This document shows, in pieces, positions 63,059 to 64,000 of a stretch of DNA of 64,000 nucleotides. The DNA lies in the IMG/VR virus record IMGVR_UViG_3300030104_003613, one strand, 5' to 3'. This stretch comes from a virus. A program made the translations under genes and the position numbers. Within the stretch, counting starts at the first letter, position 1, and each line of letters starts with the position of its first letter. The notes beneath the pieces are model-generated. The model saw only the letters and a list, made by a program, of their open reading frames with translations. It was not told the origin of the DNA and did not search any database.

Positions 63059-63621
63059 TAGGGAGATGTTGTTTCATACTTCAAGACACATTCTTTCAAT
63101 GATTTAGTGGTCATACCAGGTGTCGCTCCAGCCCATAGTGCCTCTCTTTCAATCCTTACGACGGTTGGATCTTTGATACCATACAACTTAATTGCATTTT
63201 CTGTATATTTGGGGGGAACGACACCGGAACTCAAGTATATCCTTTCTAGCGTTGTATTATAAAGACCATCCTTACAGTCCTGAACAACATGCCATCCCTC
63301 ATGTCTTAGCACATCAATGAGTGCTTCGTAATCATTATCAATGTGACCCATATTCAGATAAATCACATTAGCTTCTGGATAATATAGACCACGATAGTTT
63401 TCCTCAAAGTAATAAGGGAATGCCTTGTAAACGCCTACATTTAATTTTTCAAGATTAACAAGGATATCCCTTACCTCATCATCATACTCCTCTGATTTTA
63501 ACTCATAAACCTCGTAAACACAATCATTTCTCCTCATACATCCCCTACCATCATATTCAGATGACAATGCCGGTAATGTAATTAGTGATGCTGTTGCCAA
63601 TAACGTAATTAGTTTTTTCAT
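63058..63621 (-). CDS. Signal-peptide zincin-like metalloprotease
   Basis: MKKLITLLATASL signal; HEGWH (HExxH) and distal EREA. Confidence 0.75.
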   Translation of the reverse strand: MKKLITLLATASLITLPALSSEYDGRGCMRRNDCVYEVYELKSEEYDDEVRDILVNLEKLNVGVYKAFPYYFEENYRGLYYPEANVIYLNMGHIDNDYEALIDVLRHEGWHVVQDCKDGLYNTTLERIYLSSGVVPPKYTENAIKLYGIKDPTVVRIEREALWAGATPGMTTKSLKECVLKYETTSP

Positions 63622-64000
63622 CCGTAATTCCACATATGACTCATGTCTCCGTATTCGTCGGTATGCCACCTGTCTCCGTCATCATCCACAAAAGAAGCAT
63701 CATCGAGTCCATCGACAATAAAACCAAAGGGTGCCATATCTTGCTCGATTTGATTCTTTTGTTCTTCGTATAATCGTTTTCGGACATCCTGATCTGTTAA
63801 CTCCTTAAAGTAATCTTGTGCTACCAACCAAGCATAGATGACGAGACACATAGCAAGGTCATCATTACAACCCTCTTCTGCCTCAAAGGAATTATGCTTT
63901 GAAACAAAGGTGGTCAATTCTGATATAACTTCATAATCACAGAAGGTCAGTTTGTCCTCCTCAATCATGGTTTTTAGATTTAGAGATCCAATTTTCTTTA
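63618..64000 (-). CDS. gp17: Terminase large subunit, C-terminal part
   Basis: ELTTF...FEAEEGCNDDLAMCL...APFGF; upstream of gp18. Confidence 0.93.
   Translation of the reverse strand, partial: KKIGSLNLKTMIEEDKLTFCDYEVISELTTFVSKHNSFEAEEGCNDDLAMCLVIYAWLVAQDYFKELTDQDVRKRLYEEQKNQIEQDMAPFGFIVDGLDDASFVDDDGDRWHTDEYGDMSHMWNYG

Overview
A 64-kb segment of a T4-like marine cyanophage (myovirus; the tRNA set hints at a GC-richer Synechococcus-type host). Every credible gene is on the minus strand. In transcription order (high to low coordinates): head/tail genes (gp17 partial, gp18-gp23); a small-ORF island that includes a psbN homolog; gp3, uvsY, uvsW, gp55, gp47 and gp46; a metallopeptidase-vWA/CobS pair; the replication module (gp45, speD, gp44, dam, an MBD4-like glycosylase, gp62, regA, hsp20, gp43, uvsX, 2OG-Fe(II) oxygenase, gp41, mazG); late genes for probable capsid-internal proteins; gp61 and nrdAB; a tRNA operon (Arg, Val, CAU) containing two structured non-tRNA elements; and a >12-kb sugar-nucleotide/glycosyltransferase cluster that runs off the left edge. 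The best lead is an RNA layer: a candidate ~63-nt late small RNA downstream of hsp20. Its 5' seed (AUAUCGUCGCCGC) appears antisense to picocyanobacterial 5S rRNA (host sequence recalled, not verified) and also to motifs in the phage's own tRNA-operon RNAs. Other leads are a GT11+GT6 'blood-group-like' glycosylation set, modular capsid-targeted polyproteins, a CAG-N8-CTG promoter element at fixed spacing, and several short ORFs missed by the track. All calls come from reading motifs by eye; no searches were run.
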